Shown piece after piece: positions 23,433-37,686 of a stretch of DNA of 64,000 bases (the stretch's first letter is position 1; every line of letters begins with the position of its first letter). Source of the DNA: Leucoraja ocellata (taxonomy: Eukaryota); NCBI GenBank assembly GCA_036785375.1, contig JAWMAR010000025.1, forward strand, positions 6,448,001 through 6,512,000. Reading direction: 5' to 3'. Below the pieces are notes generated by a model. That model was not told the DNA's origin and searched no databases. It worked only from the letters and a program-made list of their open reading frames with translations. A program made the position numbers and the translations under genes.

Positions 23433-25429
23433 CCGAATCAGTAGTCATTACACTGGCACCTATTTGATGTGAACGTTGCTATTGCCACTTATTGGCACAT
23501 GATGAATGTTGCCTGAGCCTTGCAGCATGCAGGCATAGGCTACTTCATTTGCCAAGGTGTTGCAAAGGGACACAAAATGCTGGAGTGACTCAGCAGATCA
23601 GGCAGCATCTCTGGTGCAAAGGAAAAGTTGATGTTTTGTGTCGAGAGTCGGGGGGGGAGGGAAACTAGAGATGTGAATTTAACATTTTGCAATCAATAGC
23701 AAACACCTCAGATTCTGACCTTACAATGTAAGGAAAGCAACTGATGGTTTATCCCAGGCCACCACCCTGAAGAATTATTGTTGTGATGTCCCAGGGCTGC
23801 CATTATTGACTCCCCAACAACAATAATCATTTACCTCAATGCAAAGTACATCTTCAGCCATGGGAGTGGTTTTTCCTTGATGTGCATTCGATTTTACCAG
23901 GGCTCTTTGATGGCACGCTTGGTCAAACTTTATCTTGATGTTAAACCCAGTCCCACCTTTGGAACTTAGCTTTTTGGATCAAAATGGTGATTAATTCTGG
24001 AACTGTGTGATCCTGGAGTGAACCAGACTGTGCAATGATGAACAAGTGCTGCTTGATATACCAATGACAGCTTCCTTCATTTTGTCAATTATTATGTGGA
24101 AACCAATTGGGTGATAAGAGTCAGATTTGATTTATTGTACTTTTTGAGAACAGGACACACTTGGATAATTTACTTTATTGTTAGGTAGATTTCAATGTGG
24201 GAACTAAACTGGAACTTGTGAGTGTATGGAACATGTTGCCAGAGGAGGTACTTGAGATAGGAGCTATTTCAATGTTTAAGAAGCAATTGGACAGGGACAT
24301 GGATAGGACAGGCTTGGAGGGATATGGGCCAAACACAGACAAATGGGACTAGTGGAAATGGAACATATTGGTTTGTGTGGAAAAGTTTGGCCTTAGGGCC
24401 TGTTTCCACACTGTATGACTAACTTGGCTAGAACCATGTTTAAGAAGGAACTGCAGATGCTGGAAAAATCAAAGGTAGATAAAAATGCTGGAGAAACTCA
24501 ACGGGTGATGCAGCATCTATTGAGCGAAGGAATAGGTGACGTTTCGTGTCGAGACCCTTCTTCAGACCATAAATGCTGCCTCACCCACTGAGTAGTAAAT
24601 GCCTACTATGTTCTGTGTGCTGAAGCAAAGCAATAATTTCATTGTCCTATCAGGGACACATGACAAAAAACTCACTTGAACTTGAATTTGAGTTTCTCCA
24701 GCATTTTTATCTACCTCTGGATAGAACCACAGGTAATTCTGGACCCGAGGATATTTGGGACCTCGGATGTTGGAATATGGAGCAACAATCTGTTGGAGGA
24801 ATTCAGTGGTATGAAGGTCCATCAGTCTCAGTTCATCAGTTTAGTTTATTGTCATGTGTACCAAGGTGATGAAAAGTGTTTCACTGACCCAAAATGAAGA
24901 CTGTCCATTTCCATATACAGAATCTGCTCATCTCGCTGAGTTCCTCCAATCAAATAAAAGTTGGGTTGTTGCCCAATTCCACAGATTTTGCTCTTTCCAA
25001 TGCACCCAGCCATTTCTTGATGCCACATGGAGTGAACTAAACTGGTCAAGTGATCTCAGGAGAAAGGCACAGTGAATCATCTACTCTGCATTTCTGTTTG
25101 AACAACTTTGTCTTAGCACAATCTGGGCCCTGCCACTGTTGAGGTTGTGGGTGGACTTGAAACCACCTTCTTTCATTAACTGCATTTAGAAAAAGATTCC
25201 ACTACCAAATCATCATTACATAAAGTAGGACTGCAGACCTTTGATTACAAGATTCCACCAGTAGATGGAACACCATGACTGCAGAGTGTACAAGTGTACT
25301 TAACTGCGCAATGTGCAGTAGATGTGCACTCAATTGCATAGCTGAGAAAGTTTGGCATGACCCAAACAACTTACACCAACTTCTATAGCTGTAGAAAGCA
25401 TTTTATCCTGATACATCTGGTTTGGGAAC

Positions 25430-25645
25430 TTGTGTAAAAAAGAACTGCAGGTGCAGGTTTAAATCGAAGGTAGACACAAAATGCTGGAGTAACTCAGCGG
25501 GCGAGGCAGCATCTCTGGAGAGAAGCAATGGGCGACGTTTCGGGTTGAGACCCTTCTTCAGATTGATATCAGGGGAGGGGGCGGGACAACGATAGAATGT
25601 AGTCGGAGACAGTAAGACTGGCAGAGAAGAGGGGATGACCAGTCT
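25430..25645 (-). mobile_element. Short Penelope-derived element with intact hammerhead core (25534-25561)
   Basis: atCTGAAGAaGGGtctcaaCCCGAAACGTCgccc on the minus strand. Confidence 0.75.
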
Positions 25646-27108
25646 CAATGGTCCATGTTTTCCCCAGCCTGCATGTTGTAGAAGAAGTCGATAAAATGGG
25701 CTACATCAACAACTCTGTCATTTCTGCTGAGTTTGTTGTGACATACAACATAATAAGGATGTTCTCAGTGCAAATGTATAGGAAGGAACTGCAGATGATG
25801 GTTTAAACCATAGACACAAAAAGCTGGAGTAACTCAGTCTGAAGGGTCTCGACCCAAAACACCACCTATTCCTTTTCTCCAGAGATGCTGTCTGACCCAG
25901 AGTTACTACAGCTTTTTATGTTATCAGTGCAAAGATGGAAGTCTGTCTCTACATAGATTATATGATGGTCACTTCTACACATTTTATTGTAAATGGTGCA
26001 TCCACCATAGGGAGTTTAGTGAGCACAAGGCCGTTGGTTTATCCATTGTTGGTGCATTACCTTCCTGAGACAGTCCGGAGGCCACCACCTTCAGGACTTC
26101 AGCTTAGTGGTGGGGTGGAAGATTGCAAGCTTCACGTGGTCCACCCTGTTTCGACTAGTGCAATCATCTCCACGTGCACAAACGGAAGATCAAATAGAAC
26201 AAGTTGTCCAACAACTTTAGGCTGTGCACGCCACACAAAAGAAGAAGCTTGGTTGTTGGCGGTGTTAACCAACCTTTCTTGGTGATGGATATTGAAGTCC
26301 CAGCCAGAGTACATTTTGTGCCCTAGAAACTTTCCATGCTCTTTATAAGTGTTTGACATGGAGGAGCATGGATTCATCTGGTGAGGAAGGAGGTTTCCTA
26401 GTCTATATTTGACCTGATGCCACAAGACATAAGGATTTCCAGCACTATCCTCCCTAGACTCATCTGTCTGTATGTCCTGTTTCTGCACTGGTTGGATTTC
26501 AACTTGGTATTTTAACCTTCCTTCCAGTACAATATTTCATAATTGAGGAGCAACTATGTGTCTTTATCTGTGCTGGAATGGTGTTAAAAACTCCTTTTCC
26601 TCAATTATTTACCTTCTACATCGGTGCCAAACTGTGAGGTTGCCAAGTTTGCTGACGTTATGAAAATAGGTAGGAGTGTATGGAGTGATAAGGATATTTA
26701 TAATAGATCAGAAAATAGATTGGATTTGTGATCAGGCAAAGACTTGTCAAATGTGCTAAATGGGGAAAAGTGCAAGATCATAGAACTCAGTAGAAGTAAT
26801 TACAAGGTACACAAACATGCTGAAGAAACTCAGCGGGTGCAGCAGCATCTATGGAGCGAAGGAGATAGGTAATGTTTCGGGCCAAAACCTTTCTTCAGAC
26901 AAGAAGTAATTACAAGGCAGGTCCACTAATTGGTGAAGATTGCATGTGAGGAGAGTAAGATGGGGTCTACATATTCTTATGCACAAAACACACCAAAATT
27001 GGCAAGTAATCGTCAATTAACAGCAAGTAAGTATGCAAATGGTAAATTGGCCTTCATTGATCGGTGGTTGAAGTTTAAAAATGGGGAAGTAATGTTAAAA
27101 TTGTATGG

Positions 27109-27304
27109 TGTTTAAGAAGGAACTGCAGATGCTGGAAAATCGAAGGTAGACAAAAATGCTGGAGAAACTCAGCGGGTGCAGCAGCATCTATGGAGCGAAG
27201 GAAATAGGCAACGTTTCGGGCAGAAACCCTTCTTCAGACTGTTTCCTTCGCTCCATAAATGCTGCTGCACCCGCTGAGTTTCTCCAGCACTTTTGTCTAC
27301 CTTA
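27109..27304. mobile_element. Head-to-head Penelope-derived element with intact hammerhead core (27210-27237, minus strand)
   Basis: agtCTGAAGAaGGGtttctgCCCGAAACGTTgcc; inverted partial copy; flanking AATTGTATGG duplication. Confidence 0.75.
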
Positions 27305-28479
27305 GAATTGTATGGCATGGCCACACCTGAACTACTGTGTTTCCTTGATCTAAAGACATACCAGTAAAAAGGATTCAATAGGACAGTCCCTGGAATGAAA
27401 GAACTGTCTTGTCACAAAAACGAAATAAATTAGTTTTTTTTAAATTCTTTCAAGATTAACAGAACAAAGGGTGATCTTATTTAACAATGATGATGTTGAG
27501 GTTCCCCCTCAGTGGGAGAGTACTTAATGAGTGGACAAGATTTGAGAGAGCAATCATTTAAAACAGAGGGTGGTAAAACCTTTGGCATTCAATGCCTGAA
27601 CTTTGTGAAGACTAGATCACTGGAGATATTAATAGTATATATAGTTTTGACGGTGAATTGGGGGCTATGTGGAATTGACACAGAGGAGTTGAGACACAGG
27701 GAACTGTGGATGCCGAGTCGAGGGACGGAACCATGGAGGACCCGGCGTGGAGGGACTGCCGGCAGGGAGGGGGAAGAATAACGGGGACCCAGCTTTGGAG
27801 TAGATGGGGGGGGGGGGGGCGTGAGGGAGGGGGAAGAACAATGGGGGACCCGGTGTGGAGGGCCTGCCATGAGGGGTGGGTGGGGGAGGGGAAGATCAAA
27901 AGGGGGACCTGGCGCAGATACTGTGTATACTTTGCGCCCTTATGTGGCGATTATTTGCCTACCGTGGGTACGCAAGCAAAGAATTTCAATGTGATTTGTG
28001 ACAATAAAACATTCACTCATGCTGGAATCTTGCATAGAATCTTCAGAATGCAAAGTGCCAGAGTAACTCAGTGGGTAAGGCACTATCTCTGGAGGACACG
28101 GATGGACAATGTTTCTGGTCAGGACCCTTCTTCAGATTTATTTGCACAAATCAGGACAGAGACACTTGCGTCACCCCAAAACAGCCAGCAGTTTAGATTC
28201 AAGATTCAAGAGAGTTTATTGTCATGTGTCCCAGATAGGACAATGAAATTCTTGCTTTGCTTCAGCACAACAGAATATAGTAGGCATGAATACAGAACAG
28301 ATCAGCGTGTCCATATACCATTATGGTTCCTGTTAACCCCAACCAGGCAACTCCTTTCACATTATGTGCATCCAGATTGCGTGAGAATTTCCACTCTGCT
28401 TGCACTGCAAAGCTTACTGAAATAGCTTCGATATAAGATGGACATTATAAAAACGGATTCTCAACTAATAGGAATCTAT

Positions 28480-31311
28480 TTTTTAATAAAAGAAAGCAGC
28501 ATTGAATGAGAACAAAATACACCAAAAAAAAAACAATTTATAAGAGCAACAATAATTGTTCAATTATTTACAACTCATATGAAAATGTACATACGACAAC
28601 TATACAGACCGCAAAAAAATTTGCTTGTCTTTGTTTAAAATTTCTGATGGGAGAGGCTGGATTTCAATTTGGTCTTTTGACCTTCCTCCCCCAGTCCAGC
28701 TGCATTTCATAATCGAGGAACAACTACAGACAAAGGTTGAGAGTCAATTTTAAATCCTGGATCCCCTCAAACACAAAAACACCATGATGTGCGTTCAATT
28801 CATAAACTCATTAGCTGTATCGGGGAGAAGAGGTACAAGGAAGACCATTTTGAGATATCCAACGCTTTACAAAAAGGAATTGTATTAACATTAACATATC
28901 TTGCTAAAAATATTACATACATGTGCAATAATTCAATTCCAAAGAGAGGAGGGCATTGTTAACCCTGCAACATTGTATGTACTGGCTTAATAAAAATACT
29001 AATATTTAATATTTAGCAGTGTAGCAGGCCCATTAGGCTCCAGTGTGTCACAGCGCTCCTAGTTTCCCACCTTCCGTCTCATGGTCACAGACCAGAGGAG
29101 GGCAGCCTTGGAAACCCTTGAGTACTTGCCCCATGTGGCTATTCCTCAAGTGCAACTTGGCTCTTCAATAACCCACCACATCGTGTCCTGCATGTGGGCT
29201 TTCCACCCAGGAATTAACAGATCAGGAGCAGGGACCCCGAGTTGTCTTTCCTCCTCAGCCCAAAGGCCCCATCCACGTGGATAATTACAGTGCCTAGACT
29301 GCTAAACGCGAGCTTCAGGTTAGCACATAAGGAGTTCAGAACAGGGACCCTTGAGCTGCACAACAAGTGACTATCTATTGCATTAATTAACCAACCATTC
29401 TATAACCCTGTCATCTGTCAGGCAGGGATTTCACTGTATTATTGACCCCATCAAACAATAGTCGAGCGTGGCACCGATGTGGTTCAAATGCCCCTTCGTC
29501 ACAATGACCTGAATAGTGAATTAAACTAAATGAAAGTGTGATTTTAAAGCTTCTTCTTATTAAAGAGCCCTCCATATTCTTACCAACTTTAAATGCACAA
29601 AGATAGATGAGGAACAGAAGAGAAACAAAATAACAATGCACATCAGCTGTCATGATTGAAACTGACGATGTGAATGTAGCATTGCAGTGAAACTGACACT
29701 AATTCGATGGTTGCTCAGCGATCTCCTGGTTTTAACCGCAATGCTGCTGCAAATATTTTGTTAGCATTATGGCCTATTACTGAAGCCCATCAACTCAATC
29801 AGCAAATGCACATCACCTGTTTAGATATGATTTTATGGAGAATCCTGCTGCCAGGGTCTACACCAAAGTTTTACTTCAAGATGTACTTTGACCGTTCCAC
29901 TCCTCTGTCGACAAACAAGAATCTTGAACTTTAAATGATATGACTGAAAATGTTGCAAATTAAATCCATCAAGTGCTTCACAAGTTCCCAAGAAAAACCA
30001 AAACACTCAGCAAGTTCAGTAGATCATTTCCACCCATTATTCGCATTCCACTGCGAAAAAGGATTGGAAGTAACTGAGCCGCTCACTTAGCTGAAGATCG
30101 AATATAACGCACGTAAGATGATTGAGTTAGCAAGGAGTTGAAAAACAAATTGCATTCTTCACTGCCGACCTGTCTAAGCTATCGTCTGCCAGAGAGCGAG
30201 ACTGGGAAAATTAATTTGTCATAAATTACAAGGCAATTTAAAATGTCAAAGAGCTAACACATGTCATACTAGAATGGAAATGTTCGACAGTTTGGTTGTG
30301 AAGGAATTCAGTATAGTGTTTTAAATGGATTCTGATTTTTTTTAAAGTTACAATTATACTTTTATTCAATATTTAAATATGAAGACAACTGTGTACATAT
30401 TCACTCTAAATGAAATAGGGAGGTGCATCTTTTTCATTGAGGCACGATTTAACATTCAATGCAAACCAGTCACTGCCTATGTACAAAGGTTTATAATTTC
30501 CCAGCCCAAAACCAGACCCTTCCCCACTTCCGTGGTGTCTTGGGATGAAAGGCACCTGATGCTATAATACATTCCTTTCAAAAGAGACCTGCTTCAGTGA
30601 AATCAGCACTTGTTGATTTTTGTTTTTAAAAAAAGGAGAGTGGCTACAACAAGAAATTGGTCGCCACAAAACCCTCCAGTCATTCCACGTTTTTGTTGTA
30701 TTCCAAGAGTCCGTTTTGCTCCTGGAGACACCAGCAACTAAAAGGCCATGGAACTGATGGTGGTTGTGAGGATAATGCAGTAACGTAAGGCCTGATAGCC
30801 TGGGGTCCAGGGTGATTCGGCAATGGGTGACGCATAGTCTCCAAATGGCTTTCCTTGAGACGTCAAAACATGTGCAAATATAAAATCAAAAGGGATAATA
30901 TGTCTTGAGAAGGTAATAGGGAGATGGTGATCACAGTCTATACAAAGACCTACTCTTCATTCATTTCTGGTTTTTAAAAAAAGGAAAAACAGTCATTTCC
31001 CCAGCACACCATCCCAGCAACTGTTAGCAAGTGCTGTGATTTTGAAGCAACTAGTATATTGTATAAATCTGGAGGCGCAGAAACAGATATGATCAAGGGA
31101 AACCTCAACTTCGAGGATGTATGAACTGATTTACGTATATGTTTATCAGGCTTTGATATCTTTTCCCATGGCACCAGGTTCACTGAATTTGTACTGAATA
31201 CATTGTACACCATTGTCAATACAACATGGCTTCAGGTACAGCTCTCGCGCCTCATCCCCATCTCTGCACAGATTCCATATAGCTAGATTTCTGTTTACTC
31301 TGTACACATTC
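28480..31311 (-). other. PHACTR4: PHACTR4 3' UTR (extent approximate)
   Basis: Follows the stop codon; about 3 kb without recognisable TEs; AATAAA at 30361-30366 and ATTAAA near 28482-28487 on the minus strand. Confidence 0.55.
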
Positions 31312-31327
31312 TTAAGGCCGATGGAAC
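31312..31327 (-). CDS. PHACTR4: PHACTR4 last coding exon (R-FHRP-stop)
   Basis: ttctctccttAG|G TTC CAT CGG CCT TAA; canonical PHACTR C-terminus. Confidence 0.92.
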
Positions 31328-31560
31328 CTAAGGAGAGAAAACATAATTAATAACAGAGTGTGCAACTATCTTAATTCATACAAGCCCTTTTTATTGTTTT
31401 GTTTCTCCTCCTAATCTTGTCTCAATTGGATTGTTGTTTCCAAGTCAGAAGGTTGTGGAATTATGCACAAATCTGAATATTTCTAATGCTTTCACTTTGT
31501 GGCACTGAGGGAACATTGCCACGTTAGAGATGCCACCTTTTAGGAGTGATCTTAAATTAA

Positions 31561-31604
<44 letters not shown>

Positions 31605-31917
31605 AAGAAGCTTTGAAACATTCTAGAGGTGTACTTCAATGAACAGCAAAAGCATTTTCTCTGTGGCCTGATGATGTTTTTTATCTATTATTAAAATCAG
31701 GTTATTTGGTCTTGTTCCTGACTTTGGAACTTCTGTGTGCATATTACAACATAATCCCAGTTCAAAAGTGATTTATTAACTGTGTATCTGGGAAGTCAAG
31801 AGAACACGAAAAGCTTTTCCCTGCACTTCAATGGCTTAATAGGTTAATGCATCATCCAAATTGATTCTGAGACACAACGGGCAACAGAGTGTAACAGCGA
31901 GAAGAGTTGAGTTTAGT

Positions 31918-32232
31918 GTTGTTTCGAGATACTGCGCGCAAATAGGCACTTTAGCCCACCGAGTCAGCGCCGACCAGTGATCCCTGCACACTAACACTAT
32001 CCTTTGCACACTACGGACAATTTACAATTATACCAAGCCAATTAACCTACAAACCTGTACGTCTTTGGAGAGTAGGAGGAAACCCGAAAATCTCGGATAA
32101 AACCCACGCGGTCACGGGGAGAACGTACAAATTCCGTACAGACAGCACCCCTAGTCTGAATCGAACCCGGGTCTCTGGCACTGCAAGTGCTGTAAGGCAG
32201 CAACTTTACTGCTGTGCCACTGTGCCGCCCTT
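31918..32232 (-). mobile_element. V-SINE (HE1-like), near full length
   Basis: gggcggcacagtggcacagc...cgggttcgatt tRNA head, V domain and CR1-like tail. Confidence 0.85.
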
Positions 32233-33181
32233 GCTGGTTCATATTTCCGGTGACTTGTTTCCAAAGTTGCTGTCTGTGTAAATTTTTTATATTCTCTCCG
32301 TGACTGCATACATTTTCTTCAGGTGCTCCAGTTTCTCTTTAAATCCCAAAGATGTGTGGGTTGGAAGGTTAATTGGCCACTGTAAATTATCCCTCCTGTG
32401 TACTAAGTTTTAGAATCTGGGGAGTGTTGATGGGTGAATTAAAAAAAACAGGTGGTGTTCACTGCCCTTGAATATTGATCATGCACTCATGAAGGGCTTC
32501 ATGATCCCATATTATAATAAAAGCACATTATACATGTTCACAAGGGTATTAAGAACATCAGCCAAGATCTTAACTTGGTGAAATAAACTCCATAGGCTGA
32601 TGGACCCACTGTGTGCTCCTACAAATTCAAGCTAGGTTACCCAGGGACAAAATCCCAGGGACCCTAAGGGGAGGATTGATTCCACTTAGCGTCAGAGGAA
32701 TCTTGTGCACTCTGTCCCAAAGACTATGAGTATTGAGTAAGCAAACTACTCCTGCACCTTTTGTCATCGTGGAAGCATGAGAGTGGGCCACTCCTGCCTT
32801 TTGCTGAAGTTACACACAGCACCTGTGCACAGGGTAGGGAGTTGTGGCACTAGTTAAAGGTCAACGTTCAGAAGGAATGGAGTTAGCTGATTTCCCCATT
32901 TAATGCCTCAGTCAGATTACAGCACACTAGTAGAAACAAGGAAGTGCAGATGCTGGTTTATACCAACGATAGATACAAAGTGGTGGACATCGAATCTGTG
33001 AGTCCATCTTTACAGCACATTGGTGGCTGATGTAGAGGACACCAAATCAGAAATGATTCCGACCTGAAAGGCTGAACACTGCTTGGGCAACGGAGTCATT
33101 CTCCAAACTAAGGGTATGCTATTTAGAAAGATAACTGATATTTCCTCCATGTTATTTTGAGACCCAAGAGACTGAATTTAC

Positions 33182-33258
33182 CTTGTATACATCCTGCTTT
33201 CTTCATGCACCTCCATCTCTTGACTCTTGAATTCATTTAGTTCTTTGCGTATTGCTGC
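33182..33258 (-). CDS. PHACTR4: PHACTR4 exon (PP1-binding C-terminus)
   Basis: AAIRKELNEFKSQEMEVHEESRMYTR; 77 nt, AG/GT. Confidence 0.95.
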
Positions 33259-33679
33259 CTGTAAGGGTGCAATCATGAGAAAAGGCTTAGTGAGGTAAAT
33301 CTTTATTTTTATTCCAAGTAATTGCATCTGTCAAAAATATCTTCTGTACCGTGCTAGAATCTCTCATGTAATGTCTAATGAAGAACACCTTCAGGTTAAC
33401 AGCTGATTTCGAAATGGAATGATTACTTGCCGTGGAAGATTGCTTTTGTTTGTTTTTGAGGGAGAGGGATTATCTATACACAGGCGTTTAGACCTATTTA
33501 ACGAATAATTTCCAGACTCAAAACAAAACATGGAAGCAAGCCCCTTCATTACAAACAAATCCCTTCATCTTGTTGTGTAAGTGTTTACACTTGTAGGGAG
33601 ATAAAATCTAGTGGCCATGAATATATTTTTAAAAGTTATTGATAATTCAAAGGATTTAGAAGGCATTCATTCAGCATGA

Positions 33680-34682
33680 CCTGTGACTAATGGTATGCCT
33701 CAGAGTACGGTGATGGACCCGTCACTGTTTGTCATCTATATCAATGATTTGGATAAGAACATACACGGCAGGATTAGCAAGTTTGCAGATGATACAAAAC
33801 TGGGCGGTTTTGCAGATAGTGAAGATGGTTGTGAAAAATTGCAGCAGGATCTGGATCAATTGGCCAAGTGGGCTGAGGAATGGTTGATGGAATTTAATGC
33901 AGAAAAATGGGAGGTGTTGCATTTTGGAAAGTCTAACATGGACAGGACCTACAGTGAATGGTAGGGCTCTGGGTAATATTGTGGACCAGAGGGATCTAGG
34001 AGTGCAAGTGCATAGCTCCCTGAAGATGGAGTCGCAGGTAGATCATGTGGTCAAAAAGGCTTTTGGCACATTGGCCTTCATCAGCCAGAGTATTGAGTAT
34101 AGTAGTTGGGAGGTCATATTGCAGTTGTATAGGACGTTGGTGAGGCCCCATTTAGAGTATCGTATTCAGTTCAGGGCACCGTGTTATAGGAAAGGTGTTG
34201 TCAAGCTGGAAAGGGTACAGAGAGCATTTACGAGGATGTTGTCAGGAATAGAGGGTTTGAACTATAGGCAGAGGTTGGGTAGGCTGGGACTCTATTCCTT
34301 GGAGCGCAGGAGAATGAGGAGTGATCTTACAGAGGTGTATAAGATCATGAGAGGAGTAGATTGGGTAGATGCACAGAGTATCTTGCCCAGAGTAGGTGAA
34401 TCGAGGACGAGAGAACATAGGTGTAAGGTGAAGGGGAAAAGATTTAATAGGAATCGGAAGGCTAACAAAGGGTGGTGGATGTATGGAACAAGCTGCCAGA
34501 GGAGGTGGTTGAAGCAGGGACTATCCCAACATTTAAGACGCAGTTAGACAGGCACATGAATAGGACAAGTTTGGAGAGATATGGACCAAATGCTGGCAGG
34601 TGGGTCGTGTAGCTGGGACATGTTGGCCGATGTGGACAAATTGGGCCTAAGGGCCTATTTCCACACTGTATCACTCTATGAC
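33680..34682 (+). mobile_element. CR1-like LINE fragment (RT domain to 3' end)
   Basis: GMPQSTVMDPSLFVIYINDL...KFADDTK; LVRPHLEY. Confidence 0.92.
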
Positions 34683-35385
34683 AGATTAGAATGTTGAACT
34701 TGCAACAAGGTTGCAACTTGCAACAGTTGAAACAATCAGCATAGGTTAAATTAAAACAAAGTTGAATTAACATGTGGAAGAAAAGATTTAAAGTATTTCT
34801 GGTCAGGCCAAGATCAAGAGGGACGAGTGGACGCTTACAAACAATTTGTATGCCGACCAGAATGTTTCTTTAAATTTTAGGTAGCTACAGATTACTAATG
34901 CTTTTGTGAGATTTTCAGAATCCCTCACAGAACACTGACGATTAGACTCTTCTCGTGCAGGAAGGAACTGCAGATGCTGGCTTACACCGAAGCTAGTTAC
35001 AAAATGCTGGAGTAACTCAGTGGGTCAGGCAGCATCTTTGGAGAGAAGGAATAGGTGACGTTTCAGTTCGGGACCCTTCTTGTGACTTACAAGTCAGAAA
35101 GATCTACAAGTCTGAAGAACTACAAGTCTGAAGACTGGTCTCGACCCACAATGTCACCTATTTCATTTCTCCAGAGATGCTGCCTGACCACTGAGTTACT
35201 CCGGCATTTTGTGTCTATCTTGGACGCTTCTCACTCTGCTTGAGAAAACAAAGTGGTAGTGATGTTAATGAACACTTGTCAGATGCTCTTAACTCAACTG
35301 CCATCCAAGCTCATGTTGTATGAAAGCAGTCCATTTTACAGTCAGTTAATGACAACATTACAGTTAACTATAAAGTCCTCAGTAC

Positions 35386-35523
35386 CTTATCTGCTGGTGT
35401 TAATTTCGTCCAAGGCTTCTCTGCACGTCGATCATAGTCGTGAGCATCAGTCACTTCAACATACTCGTGGAACCGTAGGATTTTTCTTGCCTGGAGTTCT
35501 GCCACCGTGGGTCTTTCACTGAG
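35386..35523 (-). CDS. PHACTR4: PHACTR4 exon (RPEL4 and PP1-binding region)
   Basis: [46 protein letters not shown]; 138 nt. Confidence 0.96.
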
Positions 35524-36533
35524 CTGGTTATCAGAGATCACAGTCACAAAACAGTGAAGGCTCACAATAGTAATTTTAAAAAGCTTTCCTATCATGCAGC
35601 ATTTGCCAAAGATCACAGTAGAATTTTCCAATTGTGAAAAAAAGATCAAACAAATCATTTTGGAAATGCAGACAAAGGGAATGGGAAGAGTCACCTGTCG
35701 TCCTTTTTATTTGGAGATTAATGGAGCAGCACAAGAAAAATATGAATAGGATTATGCCATTTGACCCGTTGAACCTGCTCTTTCATTCAATGATAACGGC
35801 TGAGCTTCAAGGTCAACAGCACTTTCTATCCCTATATCTACAACCCTTTTTCCTCTAATATCCAGCAATTAGACCACAGAACATAGGAGCAGAATTAGGT
35901 CCTTCAGTCCAATGAGTCTACTCTGCCATTCAGTCATGGCTGATCTATTTTCCCTTCTTGACCCCAGTCTCCTGCTATCTCCCCATAATCACTCAAGCCC
36001 TTCCTCATCAAGAAAAATCTAATCTCTGCTTTGAATGTTCTTAATGATGAATCTCTACTGCCGTCAGGGGTGCAATTTTCAAAATTTACCACCTCTTGAG
36101 TGAAGAAATGTCTAATTTCAGTCCCAATACCCTACCCGTAATTTTCAGACTTGATCCTTAGTTCTAAACTCCTCAGCCTGGGAAAGTACTGTTCCTACAT
36201 TTGCCCCATGTACCCTGGGAAAACTGTTCAGTGAGGCCACCTCCCAATCTTCGAAACTACAATGAACAGGTCAAGTTTATTGAACGTCTCGTCACAATAG
36301 ACACACTATCTTGGGGATTAATCAGGTAAATCTTTGCTGCACTCCCTCTATACCTACATGGTACACAATGCTCCAAGCTCTTCAAGGCTATATAAAAAAC
36401 TATTAGAAGACATCCATATTGCTAAAAGATTTGAGTAGAAGAGCAAAGATCAACACACTATTTGCTTATATCGCTGTCAGCATTAAAAAAAAATTACAAT
36501 GACAGCAGTTCCCTTTGAATGTCAACATTTCTT

Positions 36534-36841
36534 AATCTCTCTCCATTTAAAAAAATCTCACCATTTCTAGTTTTTCTACCAAAGTGGATAACTTAATTTT
36601 TTTTCCTATCTTGTACCCCCTTCTGCCGCGTTTTTGCTCACTCGATCTATAGTCTCTGCATCTTTTCCCCGATTCACATTGACACTTAGTTTCGTGTCAT
36701 CAGCAAACTTGGAAATGCTACATCCGACTATAGATCAAATGAGCAAAAATGCGGCAGGAGTACAAGATAGGAAAAAAATTAAGTTATCCACTTTGGTAGA
36801 AAATTAGAAATGGTGAGATTTTTTTTTAATGGAGAGAGATT
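36534..36841. repeat. Inverted repeat, about 120-bp arms with about 70-bp spacer
   Basis: 36534-36654 is the near-exact reverse complement of 36726-36841. Confidence 0.9.
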
Positions 36842-37624
36842 GTCAAATTGTTGAAATGGACTGAGTGTAGTTGGGACCAAAGCATTGATTCCACATTACC
36901 TCACCAGTCACATCTTCCATGCCTCAGAAGGTCACATCTATTTCTTTCCTTTGTTAACCAACTCTTAATCCACGTTAGTTGGCATAATATCCCAAATATC
37001 ACGGGCTCTAATTTGTTCAGCAACCTCCTTAAGTGGACCTTACAACATATTAATCCAACATGAATTATCTTTCATAAATCTAATGCTGATTTTTTTTGGC
37101 ATCTTGATATCACACATCCTTTACTGTATAATTTCATAAGTTCTCGGAGCAGAATTAGGCCATTCGGCCCATCAAGTCTACTTTGCCATTCAATCATGGA
37201 CGATCTATGTTTCCCTGTCAACCCCATTCTCCTGCCTTCTCCTCATAACCCCCGACACCTGCACTAATCAGGAATCTGCCAATCTCCACCTTAAAAATAT
37301 ACATTGACTTTTATCCATTTATTACAGATTAAAGCTTTTTTGCTATAGGATTTTGAAACATAACCAGATCATTCATCATCTCCACATCTGTGTCTTTCAA
37401 AACGCTATGGAAATTTGACTGTTCCCATTCCCAGTCTCACGTTGATTCCAAGGCCTGTTTTGGAAGCACTCATACAAAAAAGGTTTGGTTTTCTCAACTA
37501 ATTTTAGGTGTATAAAGACCACAAACTCAAGTTGAGGAGTTAATGTACCAATCTAATTGCTGCACATTAGTTCTTAATGTAGACCTTAATCTAACCACCA
37601 TCTGCCCACTTTATACTGTGGTAC

Positions 37625-37686
37625 CTTTCTAGTGAGCCGCCTCTTGATTTCCCGTTTTTCTGCCTGGTGTTGTTCTTCATCTTTAT
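37625..37686 (-). CDS. PHACTR4: PHACTR4 exon
   Basis: (N)KDEEQHQAEKREIKRRLTRK; 62 nt. Confidence 0.93.

Noticed and set aside
31918-32232. tRNA genes at box A/B motifs (also 12100, 17620, 39040, 59340)
   Set aside because: They are SINE heads continuing into a V domain and a LINE-like tail; no cloverleaf.
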